Assembly (NCBI GenBank): GCA_965208105.1
Contig: OZ242318.1
Span: 768,001 to 832,000, forward strand
Source: Candidatus Latescibacterota bacterium
GTDB lineage: Bacteria; Latescibacterota; UBA2968; UBA8231
Direction: 5' to 3'
DNA: 64,000 nucleotides
The notes under the pieces were generated by a model. The model had not been told where the DNA came from and searched no databases. It worked only from the letters and a program-made list of their open reading frames with translations. Positions 37,296 to 47,030 of this stretch are shown in pieces (within the stretch, counting starts at the first letter, position 1; every line of letters begins with the position of its first letter). Position numbers and translations under genes: made by a program.

Positions 37296-40256
37296 ATGAG
37301 CCGGCGATCGACCTGCGGATACTGGTGTCTTGCGCTGATCGCGTGGGCAACCGCTGGCGCAGAGGAGTCGGCGCGCCCTGCGCTTTCCGAGGTTGTAGGG
37401 GGACGGCCGTTTCTCCTGTACGAGCGGCAGCCCTACCGCAACTTCGCCTTCGACAACTTCACCCAGTACCCGGATCACACCTGGGGCGCGCGCGCCGTCG
37501 GCGGGCAGATCGGGGTCAGCATGGGCCTCGACCGGCAGCAGGACCTGTACGACCCCATGGGAAACTACCTGGCGCAGGGCTTCGACCTGTTCTCCTGGAT
37601 CGAACGGCGGCAGCCGGAACAGCTCTACGGCAGCGAGCTCTTCAAGGACTGGTCCGCCTGGCAGCACGTGTTCACCAACGTGGTGGTGGGGCGCGACGGC
37701 TACGGCGGCTGGGGCTACAGCGCCTTCGTGGGCGACGGCCTGATGGCGCGCTTCACCCCGCTGACCCTGTCGAAGACGGATCTGAACGGACTGCGCCTGG
37801 ACCTGTCCCTTCCCCGGGTGAAGGTCACCGCCCTGGGCTCGCGCATCGCGCGGCCCAACAGGGAGTCGTACCTTTTCTCCGAAAACGTCGGCGAAATCGA
37901 AGTCAACCACTCCACCTTGCTCCTCGGCACCCGCATACTGGCCGATCTGGGGCATCTGCGCCTGGGCCTGAACGGGGTGAACCTGCACCCCTACGACAGC
38001 ACTCGGCCGGGCAATAGTATGAAGGGCCGCCTGCGCAATCATCCGCGTGCGAACCTTGCCCAGCCCCTCTACCAGTGGCTTCTGGTGCGCATAGCGGACG
38101 ACGCTCCGGAGGATGGCCGGGGCGGAGCCGTGGTCCAGGATGTCCGGCTGATCCTCAACGGCCGGGGGCGGCCCGACCTTCAGCCCCGGGTGGTGCGCCA
38201 TCGGGCGGCCACGCCGTCCCAAGTGGGCCGCACGCTCTCCTCGGGCGACTTTCTTCCCGTGTTCTACCAGACCATCTCCGGTCCCGGCGATTATTACCGG
38301 GAAAGCGAGATACCGCTCTACGCCGACTATCTCTACCTGCTGGAGCATACCGGGGGCGCGGACGTGGCCAAGGCAACCCATTTGCCGGGATTGCTGGAGA
38401 ATTTTTCCCTGGAAAACACCGGGACCATCCTGCGCGCCGACGGGGACGAACAACTGATCTACCTTTTCGATATCAGCCGGGAACCCCACGTCGAGTCGCT
38501 GGAAGTGGAGGCGGTCCTGGGCAACGACTACCGGGTGGAGTGGGCAGGCGTCTACCTGACCCCCGGCAACGAGAGCGCCGGCAATCTCGAGCAGAGATAC
38601 AGCAGTACCTTCTTTCGCCCCGCCCTGCGCGCCCGCGGAAGCGTGAAGGACGGGTCGAATCTAAGGCGAGTGCGCTTCAAGGTGGGCGAAAACACCGCCA
38701 TCTTCACCTACGGCGCGGACCTGAATCTGCAGCTCACCGGGCTGGAAGTTAGCGGCGAGTACGCGCGCTCGACCCTCTACCGGCGCTATCCCGCCCATCT
38801 GGAAGGAGATCCCCTTTTCGATTCGAGCCCGCGATTTACCCATCGTGGATCGGCCTGGTTCGTCAATGCCCTCCACTGGTTCGGGCATGGCCGGGTGGGT
38901 GCGGAGTACTTCTCCATGAATCCGGACTTCACAACCCGGATGGAGACCTATCTGCCCAGGGATTTCGGCTATCGATCAAGCCGCGGCTACAGCCCTCATG
39001 CGGGGCTGGCCAACTCCACCATCATCTGGCGCCTGGTGCAGGACAACGAGGACGGGGACCGCTACCCCGACATCCTTCTGGGCAATGTCCTCGGCAGCCC
39101 GCAGGCGGGAGCGAGAGACCTGGACGGGGTCTTCCTGGGGCAGGACGAGGACAACGACGGCATCGTTGACACGGACCGCAACTTCAACGGCATCCCCGAC
39201 TACGACGAGACCTTCATGATGTACCGGGTGGAGCCCAACGAGTACGTCTACGGGCTCGACCGCAACCACAACGACGAGCCCGACCAGCGCGAGGACGACT
39301 GGGTCGCCGACTATCCCTACGATCCGGACCAGCGCGGCTTCCATCTCTTCGGTCAGGTGGACCTGAGCAGGCACTGGTCCCTTGGTGCGGGACGTTTCGC
39401 GGTCAGGGAGCTGGCCGGCAGCGGGCGCAACCGCTCCACCTATGCGCTCCTTAGCTACCAGAGAGAGGCGGTGGCACGGCCGCAGCGCCTCCTGTTCGAG
39501 AATTACTTCCGCCGGGTCGAGGACGACATCCCCGATGAGTTCAACCAGTTCAGCAGAACCGTCCAGTTGGTCAGGATTAATGAATATTCCAGCGGTTTCT
39601 CAGGTGTCGTGCAGGAAGTCGCCGGCGGACTCCAGCGCCACCCGGACCAGCTCTTCTACCAGGACAGCTACGTAAACGAGACCTACCTCGAGGGTGAGCT
39701 CAACCCCTGGTCGACCCTGCGTCTGGTGCAGAAGCTGCGGCTGCGGCTCAACTGGCAGCAGAAGGGCCAACTGGCCAATGACCGCTTCCAGCGCGGGAGG
39801 CGGCTTGACTTCTGGGCGGTGACCAGCCGGGCGGACTACACCTGGCGCTGGGGCAAGCTGAGGGCAGTTCCCCAGTTCAAGTTCCTGCTCCTGCGACTGG
39901 CCGACCAGGATACCGACGTGGTCCTGCGCTCCGAGTACAGGGTGATTCCAATTCTCAAGCTGAGATATGCGCTGATGAGCCGGACCGTGCTGCAGGCCGG
40001 GGTCCAGGGCTGGGGGCCGCTGCCCTACCGGCTCGAAGACCACATCCGCCAGCGCGAGAGTCTCGAGCTGCGCACCGCGGTATTCACCCTGACCAACCGC
40101 TCGCGCTACTTCGGCTATGACATGCACACCATCATCGGCCTGAGGCGGGAAGAGCTGGACCTGGACAATCGGTTTCAGCGCTTCAGGAATTTCGACGGGT
40201 GGACGTTCTTCGTGCGCAACCTGGTGGGCTTCACCGAGTTCGGACAGTTGTTCTGA
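37296..40256 (+). CDS. Large exported hypothetical protein (~990 aa) with Ca-binding-like DxDxDG motifs
   Basis: Signal peptide; DNEDGDRYPD, DEDNDGIVD, DRNFNGIPD, DRNHNDEPD; beta-strand-like C-terminus ending in F. Confidence 0.8.
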   Translation: MSRRSTCGYWCLALIAWATAGAEESARPALSEVVGGRPFLLYERQPYRNFAFDNFTQYPDHTWGARAVGGQIGVSMGLDRQQDLYDPMGNYLAQGFDLFSWIERRQPEQLYGSELFKDWSAWQHVFTNVVVGRDGYGGWGYSAFVGDGLMARFTPLTLSKTDLNGLRLDLSLPRVKVTALGSRIARPNRESYLFSENVGEIEVNHSTLLLGTRILADLGHLRLGLNGVNLHPYDSTRPGNSMKGRLRNHPRANLAQPLYQWLLVRIADDAPEDGRGGAVVQDVRLILNGRGRPDLQPRVVRHRAATPSQVGRTLSSGDFLPVFYQTISGPGDYYRESEIPLYADYLYLLEHTGGADVAKATHLPGLLENFSLENTGTILRADGDEQLIYLFDISREPHVESLEVEAVLGNDYRVEWAGVYLTPGNESAGNLEQRYSSTFFRPALRARGSVKDGSNLRRVRFKVGENTAIFTYGADLNLQLTGLEVSGEYARSTLYRRYPAHLEGDPLFDSSPRFTHRGSAWFVNALHWFGHGRVGAEYFSMNPDFTTRMETYLPRDFGYRSSRGYSPHAGLANSTIIWRLVQDNEDGDRYPDILLGNVLGSPQAGARDLDGVFLGQDEDNDGIVDTDRNFNGIPDYDETFMMYRVEPNEYVYGLDRNHNDEPDQREDDWVADYPYDPDQRGFHLFGQVDLSRHWSLGAGRFAVRELAGSGRNRSTYALLSYQREAVARPQRLLFENYFRRVEDDIPDEFNQFSRTVQLVRINEYSSGFSGVVQEVAGGLQRHPDQLFYQDSYVNETYLEGELNPWSTLRLVQKLRLRLNWQQKGQLANDRFQRGRRLDFWAVTSRADYTWRWGKLRAVPQFKFLLLRLADQDTDVVLRSEYRVIPILKLRYALMSRTVLQAGVQGWGPLPYRLEDHIRQRESLELRTAVFTLTNRSRYFGYDMHTIIGLRREELDLDNRFQRFRNFDGWTFFVRNLVGFTEFGQLF

Positions 40257-40456
40257 ATGGATGCAGGTCCGCTGGCTCCGACTCGATGAGAAGATCCTCA
40301 CTGCAGCCTCAAGCGTAGCACAACCAAGTGCTCCGGCGCCGCGTCGTCCGCTGTGCTCTCGCGCCGGGTCCCCTCGATGTCCAGTTCCAGCCCCTCCTGA
40401 TTCGCATTCAGCAACAGGCCCCTGTCTGATGATTGGTCGAAATTCTTCACCAGCGT

Positions 40457-40720
40457 TCAGATCGGCGGATTGTATTCCTGGGCGAAGACGGTCGTGGCCA
40501 CCACCAGCATGACAGCCGCCGCCAGAATGACCGCATCCGACAGGCTCCAGCCCCATTGCGGTTCGGCCATCACCGGGTCCTGGCGGCGCCATAGCAGAAT
40601 CCTCCTGCGGATATTCAAGCTTGAGGGTGGGCGCGGGGTTTTCCCCCTCCCTTGTGAAGTCCCTCCCCCGGCCTCTCCCACTTTATCCCTGTTCAGGTCG
40701 CCTCCCTGCTCCATTTTCAT
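40457..40720 (-). CDS. Short ORF with signal-peptide-like end; probable truncated secreted protein
   Basis: RBS; AVILAAAVMLVVATTVFA-Q then early TGA. Confidence 0.5.
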   Translation of the reverse strand: MKMEQGGDLNRDKVGEAGGGTSQGRGKTPRPPSSLNIRRRILLWRRQDPVMAEPQWGWSLSDAVILAAAVMLVVATTVFAQEYNPPI

Positions 40721-40781
40721 GATTATCCTTCCTCTCCTTGGTGTTCAACCACGACCGAAACCGTATCGTACACTGTCTATG

Positions 40782-40797
40782 GCATAAACTGTGCCAG
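40782..40797 (-). promoter_or_regulatory. sigma54 (-24/-12) promoter
   Basis: CTGGCACAGTTTATGC: GG-N10-GC spacing; adjacent to an enhancer-binding-protein gene. Confidence 0.72.
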
Positions 40798-40980
40798 GCA
40801 CGGTCCGAAACAGAGCAAGTCTTTTATTCAAAAGGAGTTAGGAAATTTTCGCGGTGAGACGAGAGGACCCGGATTTGATGCGGAGGGCAACGGCTTGAAA
40901 GATTCGAAGGGGCGGAAAGAAGGGGATAACTCTCTGAAAACGTGCGATTTATGCCTGTATTTACGAGAAGGGCCGGCCAC

Positions 40981-41015
40981 TGTGGCGATTTGCCGCACCG
41001 TGGGATTCTGCCACA
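40981..41015. promoter_or_regulatory. Tandem palindromic upstream activator sites
   Basis: TGTGGCGATTTGCCGCA and CGTGGGATTCTGCCACA ~200 bp upstream of the sigma54 promoter. Confidence 0.55.
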
Positions 41016-41086
41016 GCAGGCCCCTGCCAGACCGGGAGGACTAAGAGAGAGGAAGGGTCTGCTCCGTCTCGATGGCGGGACCTGAT

Positions 41087-43006
41087 TCAACTCTCCGGCA
41101 GCAAGTTGTACTTCTTCACCTTGCGGTGCAGGGTCGTGCGGTCGATGTTCAGCACCCGTGCGGCCCGGGTGATGTTGCTTCGTGAGAATTCGAGGGCGCG
41201 GACAATGGCCTGCCGCTCGGCTTCCTGCATCGAGAGGGGGTGATGGTCAGCGGCCTCGGGGCCGGTTGGAGGTGGAACCACCGCGGAGAGTTGGGGAGGA
41301 AGGCTGATTACCTGCAGGCGGTCGGTGGTCTCCAGCAACACGGCGCGTTCAATGGCGTTTCTCAGCTCGCGCACGTTTCCCGGCCAGTCGTAGGCCAGCA
41401 TTCTCTGCAGCGCCGCCGGGGAGATCCCGCGTATGTCTTCCCCGGAGCGATCGGCGTGTTCTTTCATAAAGTGTGCCGCCAACAAAGGGATGTCCTCACG
41501 GTGCTCTCTGAGCGGCGGTATGTCGAGGGGAAAGGCAGCCAGGCGGTAGAACAGGTCTGCGCGGAATCCGCCTTCATTCACCACGGTTTGCAGGTCCCGG
41601 TTGGTGGCCGCGATAACGCGGATGTCGATGGGAATCGTGGAGGTTCCACCCACCCGCTGGAGCTCCCGCTCTTCCAGGACACGCAGCAACTTGGCCTGCA
41701 GGGCCAGGGGCATGTCGCCGATTTCGTCGAGCAGAACGGTTCCTCCCTGGGCGCGCTCGAACTGCCCGATGCGCCGCGCCGACGCCCCCGTAAACGCCCC
41801 GCGTTCATGTCCGAACAGCTCGCTCTCGATCAGCGACTCGGGAATGGCGGCGCAATTGACCCCGATGAAGGGAGCCGCCTTCCTGCGGCTGTTATAGTGA
41901 ATCAGCCTGGCGACGAGCTCTTTGCCGGTTCCGCTTTCGCCTTGGATCAGCACCGTGATGTCGCTTTCGGCCGCCCGCCGCATCAAGGCGTAGAGGTCCT
42001 GCATGTTTTTGCTTTTGCCCACCATGCCGTCCATGGCGTAGGTCTTTCCCAGTTCCTCGCGCAAGCGCAGGACCTCGGATTTCATGCGCTCGCCCTCGAC
42101 CTCCCTGGACACGTCGCGGTAGATGACGACATGCCCCGTGGTGCCTTGCCGGCTGTCGTTTACGGGCGCGGTCGAGCGGAAGAACAGCCGGGGATTTGAG
42201 GTCCCGGCGGTGCTGACCTCCTCCTCCAGGTCGCCCGCGCCGTCGAGAAACAGCGTGCGCCACGATTCCGGAAGGACCGGCGGGCGGAGGCGGGCACAGA
42301 GGAGGGACCGGAGTTCACCGGGAGGCATCTGCCTGAGGTCGCCTTCCCCGGCATCGAGAAGTTCCTCGTATCCCCGGTTGGCCACCTGCAGGCGTCCATC
42401 GGCGCCGAACATGCCGATGGCATCTCCCGTGGCGTCGAGCACTGCCTGGAGTCTCCGGTTGCTGGCCTCGAGCCGCCGGTTGCTGGTTTCCAGGTCCCGC
42501 CTGTTGCGTGCCAGGTCCTGCTCGATGTTCCACTTCCCGGTGAGCGAAGCCGTGATCTGCTGGATCTCCTCCCGGGAAAATGGTTTTCGGATGAACAGCA
42601 GCTTGTGAAGAAACTCCATGTCGTCGACGATCTCGGGCAGGGTCCTGTCGGAGTACGCGGTCATGATCACGATTTCCATATCCGGCTCGAACTTGCGGAT
42701 CCTGCGCACTGTTTCTATTCCGTCAGCTCCCGGCGGCATCCTGACGTCCACATAGGCCATCGCAAAGGGACGCTTCGATTTCCTACCCGCCTTGACCATC
42801 TCCAGGGCTTCATCCCCGCTCACAGCATGGGCGAGCTCGAACTGCGGGAGAAATTGTTTTCCCGTATCCGGGACGAAGGTCGATGCCAGATCGTCGGTTG
42901 CCCTCCCTGTGGACCCGCTGGACAGCATCTCCTCGAAGTCGTTGTGGATTTCCTCCTGGTCGTCGACGACCAGGACTCGGTAGTTCCAGGATTGGTTCGA
43001 TTTCAT
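41087..43006 (-). CDS. sigma54-dependent response regulator (REC-PAS-AAA+-Fis HTH)
   Basis: VLVVDD...DVRMP; [25 protein letters not shown]-terminal HTH. Confidence 0.95.
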   Translation of the reverse strand: MKSNQSWNYRVLVVDDQEEIHNDFEEMLSSGSTGRATDDLASTFVPDTGKQFLPQFELAHAVSGDEALEMVKAGRKSKRPFAMAYVDVRMPPGADGIETVRRIRKFEPDMEIVIMTAYSDRTLPEIVDDMEFLHKLLFIRKPFSREEIQQITASLTGKWNIEQDLARNRRDLETSNRRLEASNRRLQAVLDATGDAIGMFGADGRLQVANRGYEELLDAGEGDLRQMPPGELRSLLCARLRPPVLPESWRTLFLDGAGDLEEEVSTAGTSNPRLFFRSTAPVNDSRQGTTGHVVIYRDVSREVEGERMKSEVLRLREELGKTYAMDGMVGKSKNMQDLYALMRRAAESDITVLIQGESGTGKELVARLIHYNSRRKAAPFIGVNCAAIPESLIESELFGHERGAFTGASARRIGQFERAQGGTVLLDEIGDMPLALQAKLLRVLEERELQRVGGTSTIPIDIRVIAATNRDLQTVVNEGGFRADLFYRLAAFPLDIPPLREHREDIPLLAAHFMKEHADRSGEDIRGISPAALQRMLAYDWPGNVRELRNAIERAVLLETTDRLQVISLPPQLSAVVPPPTGPEAADHHPLSMQEAERQAIVRALEFSRSNITRAARVLNIDRTTLHRKVKKYNLLPES

Positions 43007-43123
43007 GAAGCAACCTTTACAGCCTCTTGACCATGGAGGCGGGCAGAAATTGGATGGTTTGGATTTCAGTCGAGATCGAAGGCTCAGGCGTGATCAGACG
43101 GGAATTTCCGGGGTGATGTATCC

Positions 43124-44401
43124 TCAGGGGAGGACGGAATCGAGCCGCAACTCGACGCGCATGGTGGTGCCCGTTCCGCGGCCGTTGCTCAATGGTTGGA
43201 TTTTTCCCCCGGAGCCAGTGACGAAGTTGGCCGCCGAATGGAGGCCCAGCCCGCTCCCCTCCCGCTTGGTCGTATAGCCTGCCCCGAAGATCGCTTTGAG
43301 GTTTTTCCGGTCGATGCCGATACCGTTGTCCTCTACCTCGAGGACGAGAAAATCCTGCCGCACATAGGCTCTGATCTCGATGCGGGGCTGTCCCCTGAGC
43401 CCGCCCGACCGGTTCAGCTCCTCGATGGCTTCCATCGCATTCTTGAGCAGGTTGACCAGCATCTGATTGAACTGGGATTCCTGAACGCGAATCTCTTTGG
43501 GAGCGCCTGCGCAGTCCACATGCGTCTGTATCCCTTTGCTGGCAAACGAGTCCCGCACGATCCTCATGGCGCCGGAGATGGCCTGGCGCAGGTTGACGTC
43601 CTTGCTGGTCATGGCCTTGCTGTCAAAGCCGCGTTGCGCGCGCACGATGTCCACGATGTGGCTCGTCTGGCTGTTGACGCGTTCGACCGTGCGGATCAGT
43701 TCCTGATTCTGCTCGACGAAGTCGCCGGCAAGGGCAAGCAGAAACGGCCGGACCTGCCGGCCTTGCGCATCATGCTGGACGTACTCACCCCAGTCCTCCG
43801 CGTGACCTTCGGCGGTCTCCGACAAGGCCGACAGGCGTTCGATCAGCGGATTCTTCTCCAACTCCTCTTTCAGGGTCCCGACGCCGATGGCCACGCTGGT
43901 GATGGCGTTGCCGATGTTGTGCAGGATGGTGTCCATGACCTCCAGGCGGCCTTGTGCGAAAGCCTGGGCAAGGGCCTCGTCCGCCCGCACCTTCTCCGTT
44001 ACGTCGCGGAATACGGTGACCCCGCCGCGGACGGCCCCGGGCATCCTGATGGGCCTGCCGCTGGCACTGATATGGACCCCCTCGGGCTTGGCCGCGGTGC
44101 GGATGAACATCTCCATCTCGTCGGTGGCCTCCCCGCGCATCGCCCGCACCAGCGGCAGTTCCTCGGTTGGAACGGGCGTGGCCTGGTCGGCGTAGAATAT
44201 GCTGTATTCCTCCGTCCATCGGTCGGGGAGGGCATCCAGAGTCGAGCCGATTATGCGTTCCGCACTGGGGTTGAAGGTGAGGCCGCCATTCTCGTCGGCG
44301 ACTATCACACCGTCGCTGATGCTGTCGAAAATGGCCTGCATGAGTTGGATCTGGTGCTGAAGCTGGTCGACCGTGCTATTCAACTGAGCTCTGTTTCCCA
44401 T
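43124..44401 (-). CDS. PAS sensor histidine kinase
   Basis: ILHNIGNAI H-box, NLLKNA, DNGIGI, GSGLGLH. Confidence 0.92.
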   Translation of the reverse strand: MGNRAQLNSTVDQLQHQIQLMQAIFDSISDGVIVADENGGLTFNPSAERIIGSTLDALPDRWTEEYSIFYADQATPVPTEELPLVRAMRGEATDEMEMFIRTAAKPEGVHISASGRPIRMPGAVRGGVTVFRDVTEKVRADEALAQAFAQGRLEVMDTILHNIGNAITSVAIGVGTLKEELEKNPLIERLSALSETAEGHAEDWGEYVQHDAQGRQVRPFLLALAGDFVEQNQELIRTVERVNSQTSHIVDIVRAQRGFDSKAMTSKDVNLRQAISGAMRIVRDSFASKGIQTHVDCAGAPKEIRVQESQFNQMLVNLLKNAMEAIEELNRSGGLRGQPRIEIRAYVRQDFLVLEVEDNGIGIDRKNLKAIFGAGYTTKREGSGLGLHSAANFVTGSGGKIQPLSNGRGTGTTMRVELRLDSVLP

Positions 44402-44432
44402 GGTGGATAATCAGGGGAAGGGGACGAATCAC

Positions 44433-45953
44433 TCAACCGCCGCGATATTCGTCCCGCGCCTGCACCATCGCCGCGAGCTTGGCCTCGGCGACGCGGGCGG
44501 ATGCCACCGGGTTGTCGGCGAAGGTGGCGAAGCCGCAGTCGGGTGTAAGCAGGACGCGCTCGGCCCCGAATAGATCGGCGGCGCGGGAGATGCTCCGGCG
44601 TATGTCGTCAACCTGCTCCACCGCGTCCAGCTTCTGGTTGACCACGCCTATGCCGATGCGCTTGTCGCCGGGGATGTCCCGCAGCACCTCCGCTTCGCCG
44701 GCGCGCTCGGTGCAGAGCTCGAGGAAGAGAGTGCCCACCTGCGCGCGCATCAGGACCTCCAGGAGAGGCCGGTAGTCTCCCGCCAGGGCGGCGGACTCGT
44801 CCCGGGTCCAGTTGCCCCGGCAGATGTGCAGTCCCAGGCGCTCCGGCGGCAGGCCCCGGACCACCTCGTTGAGAAGACCGGAGGCGAAGTCCAGCTCCGG
44901 AGCTGTCTCCAGCTTCTCGCCCAGGGCGCCGCACATGAAGGTGCGGTTCTGGCTGGAGGCGCCGAAGACCACTTCGCTCAACACCGGCTCGTCGAACTGC
45001 ACCAGGGAAACCCCTGCGGCAAGGAGAAAATGGAGCTCCTCGCGCAACACCCGGACCACGTCCCTGGAGAGGTCCTCGCGGGTGTCGTAGGGGCGCTCGG
45101 TGAGGCAGTCCATCCACATGGTGCGGGTGAGCAGGTAGGGACCGGGGAGGGCGACCTTGAGGGGAAGGTCGGCGCAGGAGCTGGCGAAATCAAACTCGTG
45201 GACGGTGAGGGGCCTGCTGCGCCCGAGGCTGGCGTAGACCACTGGATGCCGCACCTCCGCCGCCGGAACGTCCAGCGCGCGGAGCTCGCGCTCGAACTCC
45301 TCCGGATGGTCCACCATGGCGGTGAGGTCGCTGAGGGGGATGAGCTGGCAGTTGTCAAGCAACCCCCCGACGAAGCTGGCGTAGCTGTCGCGGCGCTGCT
45401 CGCCGTCGGTGAGCACGTCGGCCCCCGCCCGGACCTGGGCGTCGACACAGAGGCGCACCGCGTCGTCGGCGGTGGCCTGGAACTCCTCCTCCTCAAGCCT
45501 GCCCTCGAGGCGGTCGTGGATCGCCTGCAGCATCCAGCGCGGGCGGGGCCAGCTGCCGATGCCCATGACCGACAGCGGAGCGACCCCGGGAGCAGGGGCA
45601 GGGGCCGGCAGGGTCTCGGGAATGGAGACCTCCACCTTCAACTGCTGGCCGATGGCGGCGGTAGCCGGCCCGGCCTGCGACGGCGCCCGCTCCACCAGCG
45701 GGCCCTTGCTCACCAGGTAGCTGCGCTGCCCGCCTTCCCTGGTCCACGACACCAGCTCGTTCCTGGTCAGGCGGCACCAGGCCGGCAGCTCCACCTCGAC
45801 GGTGGAATCGGTGGACAGGATCTCCAGCAGACCTCCCTGGTTCATCGGGTCGATGTGCCTGCGGATGAGAAGCAACAGCCCCCCGCCGCAGTCCAGGTCG
45901 CCGCCGTCGAAGCTGACGTCCGGCTGGTATGGGTGTCGTTCCACCGGTTCCAT
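44433..45953 (-). CDS. TusA-domain / cobalamin-independent methionine synthase core (MetE C-terminal-type) fusion
   Basis: N-terminal DGGDLDCGGGLLL...LPAWCR; IGSWPRP, TDGEQRR, QFDEP, HICRGN, LFLEL, PDCGF Zn ligands. Confidence 0.9.
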   Translation of the reverse strand: MEPVERHPYQPDVSFDGGDLDCGGGLLLLIRRHIDPMNQGGLLEILSTDSTVEVELPAWCRLTRNELVSWTREGGQRSYLVSKGPLVERAPSQAGPATAAIGQQLKVEVSIPETLPAPAPAPGVAPLSVMGIGSWPRPRWMLQAIHDRLEGRLEEEEFQATADDAVRLCVDAQVRAGADVLTDGEQRRDSYASFVGGLLDNCQLIPLSDLTAMVDHPEEFERELRALDVPAAEVRHPVVYASLGRSRPLTVHEFDFASSCADLPLKVALPGPYLLTRTMWMDCLTERPYDTREDLSRDVVRVLREELHFLLAAGVSLVQFDEPVLSEVVFGASSQNRTFMCGALGEKLETAPELDFASGLLNEVVRGLPPERLGLHICRGNWTRDESAALAGDYRPLLEVLMRAQVGTLFLELCTERAGEAEVLRDIPGDKRIGIGVVNQKLDAVEQVDDIRRSISRAADLFGAERVLLTPDCGFATFADNPVASARVAEAKLAAMVQARDEYRGG

Positions 45954-45986
45954 GCTGCCCCCTTCCATGGCAAGAGGATCACGACC

Positions 45987-46349
45987 CTAGTAGGTGATGC
46001 ACGGGGTGCCGTCGGACAGAAACTCGACCAGCACCGCTCCTCCTACGATGGTCGCGCCGTCCACCAGGTTGCCTTCGTCCAGGCCGCGCTTTTTGAAGCA
46101 GGGCGCACAGACCAGGATGGTCCCCCCGCCTTCGGAGAAATTGCCCATCAGCTCCTTCAGGGGCATAAATCCCTCTTCGTGCACGTCGTCGGCGTATCCC
46201 CTCTGGGAGAGGCGCACGCCCTCGGTGCTCAGAAAGACGACGGTCTCCTGCTCGGAACCGAGGGCTGCGTTGGCGACGACGAAGGCCACGGTCGCCTTGT
46301 CGGTATCGTCTTTTGCACAGGTGAGACTGACGCAGAATTTTCCCGCCAT
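45987..46349 (-). CDS. DsrE family protein
   Basis: KATVAFVVANAA, VFLSTEGV, VCAPCFKKR. Confidence 0.9.
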   Translation of the reverse strand: MAGKFCVSLTCAKDDTDKATVAFVVANAALGSEQETVVFLSTEGVRLSQRGYADDVHEEGFMPLKELMGNFSEGGGTILVCAPCFKKRGLDEGNLVDGATIVGGAVLVEFLSDGTPCITY

Positions 46350-46388
46350 TGCTGTTTTCCTCCTGAGTTTGGGTTGTAGGGGCGTTCT

Positions 46389-46652
46389 TCAGCCGCCCTT
46401 GGCTTCGATCCAGTAGTGGGGATGCTCGGCGCGGAGCAGGCGGCGGCCGGTCAGCCGGCACCACGCCGGCAGGTCCACCGGCGCGCCCAGGTCCTGGGAG
46501 GTGAGCTTGAGCACTTCTCCGGGGTCGAGCTTCTGCATCCTCAGCCGCAGCAGGATGATGACCTCTCCGCAGCCCATGTGGCCGGCGTCCCACTCGTCGG
46601 CGGGGACCGGCAGGTCGGCTTCGGGAGTGCCGTGCTGGTCCGGTTCAGACAT
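46389..46652 (-). CDS. TusA/SirA-family sulfur carrier
   Basis: WDAGHMGCGE...PGEVLKLTSQDLGAPVDLPAWC. Confidence 0.88.
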   Translation of the reverse strand: MSEPDQHGTPEADLPVPADEWDAGHMGCGEVIILLRLRMQKLDPGEVLKLTSQDLGAPVDLPAWCRLTGRRLLRAEHPHYWIEAKGG

Positions 46653-47030
46653 CTGCCTGCCTCAGGCTCCTCCTGCGGTGACGCGCAGGCTCGGGAATGA
46701 ATGCGATGATCATGTACATGGCCGCTGCCAGACTGCTGCTGTCGGCCGCCCCGGATCGTGAGGTCGCGGCCTGGAGATTGCGGGCGGCACCACCCTTGAT
46801 TCGGTGATGACCGGCCAGGGGTAAATAAATGCCCTTTTCCGGTCCCACTGTCAAGACGCCGGGTTCAACGGAGCATCGGTGGTGCCCTGGCGAAACCTGG
46901 ACAATGCTGCAGCACCGCCCTGGCCACGGTCCGGTCGCCCCAGGCACCTGTGGGGGCAACCCTGGAGGCAGACCTCCATAGATAAATGGTACTACCAGGT
47001 ACCGAAACGGCTGCTGTCGCGGCGGAGACC

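Noticed and set aside
46653-47030. Riboswitch upstream of the tusA-dsrE-metE operon
   Set aside because: No SAM-I or cobalamin riboswitch consensus visible by eye; only a TTGACA box. An Rfam scan would be decisive.
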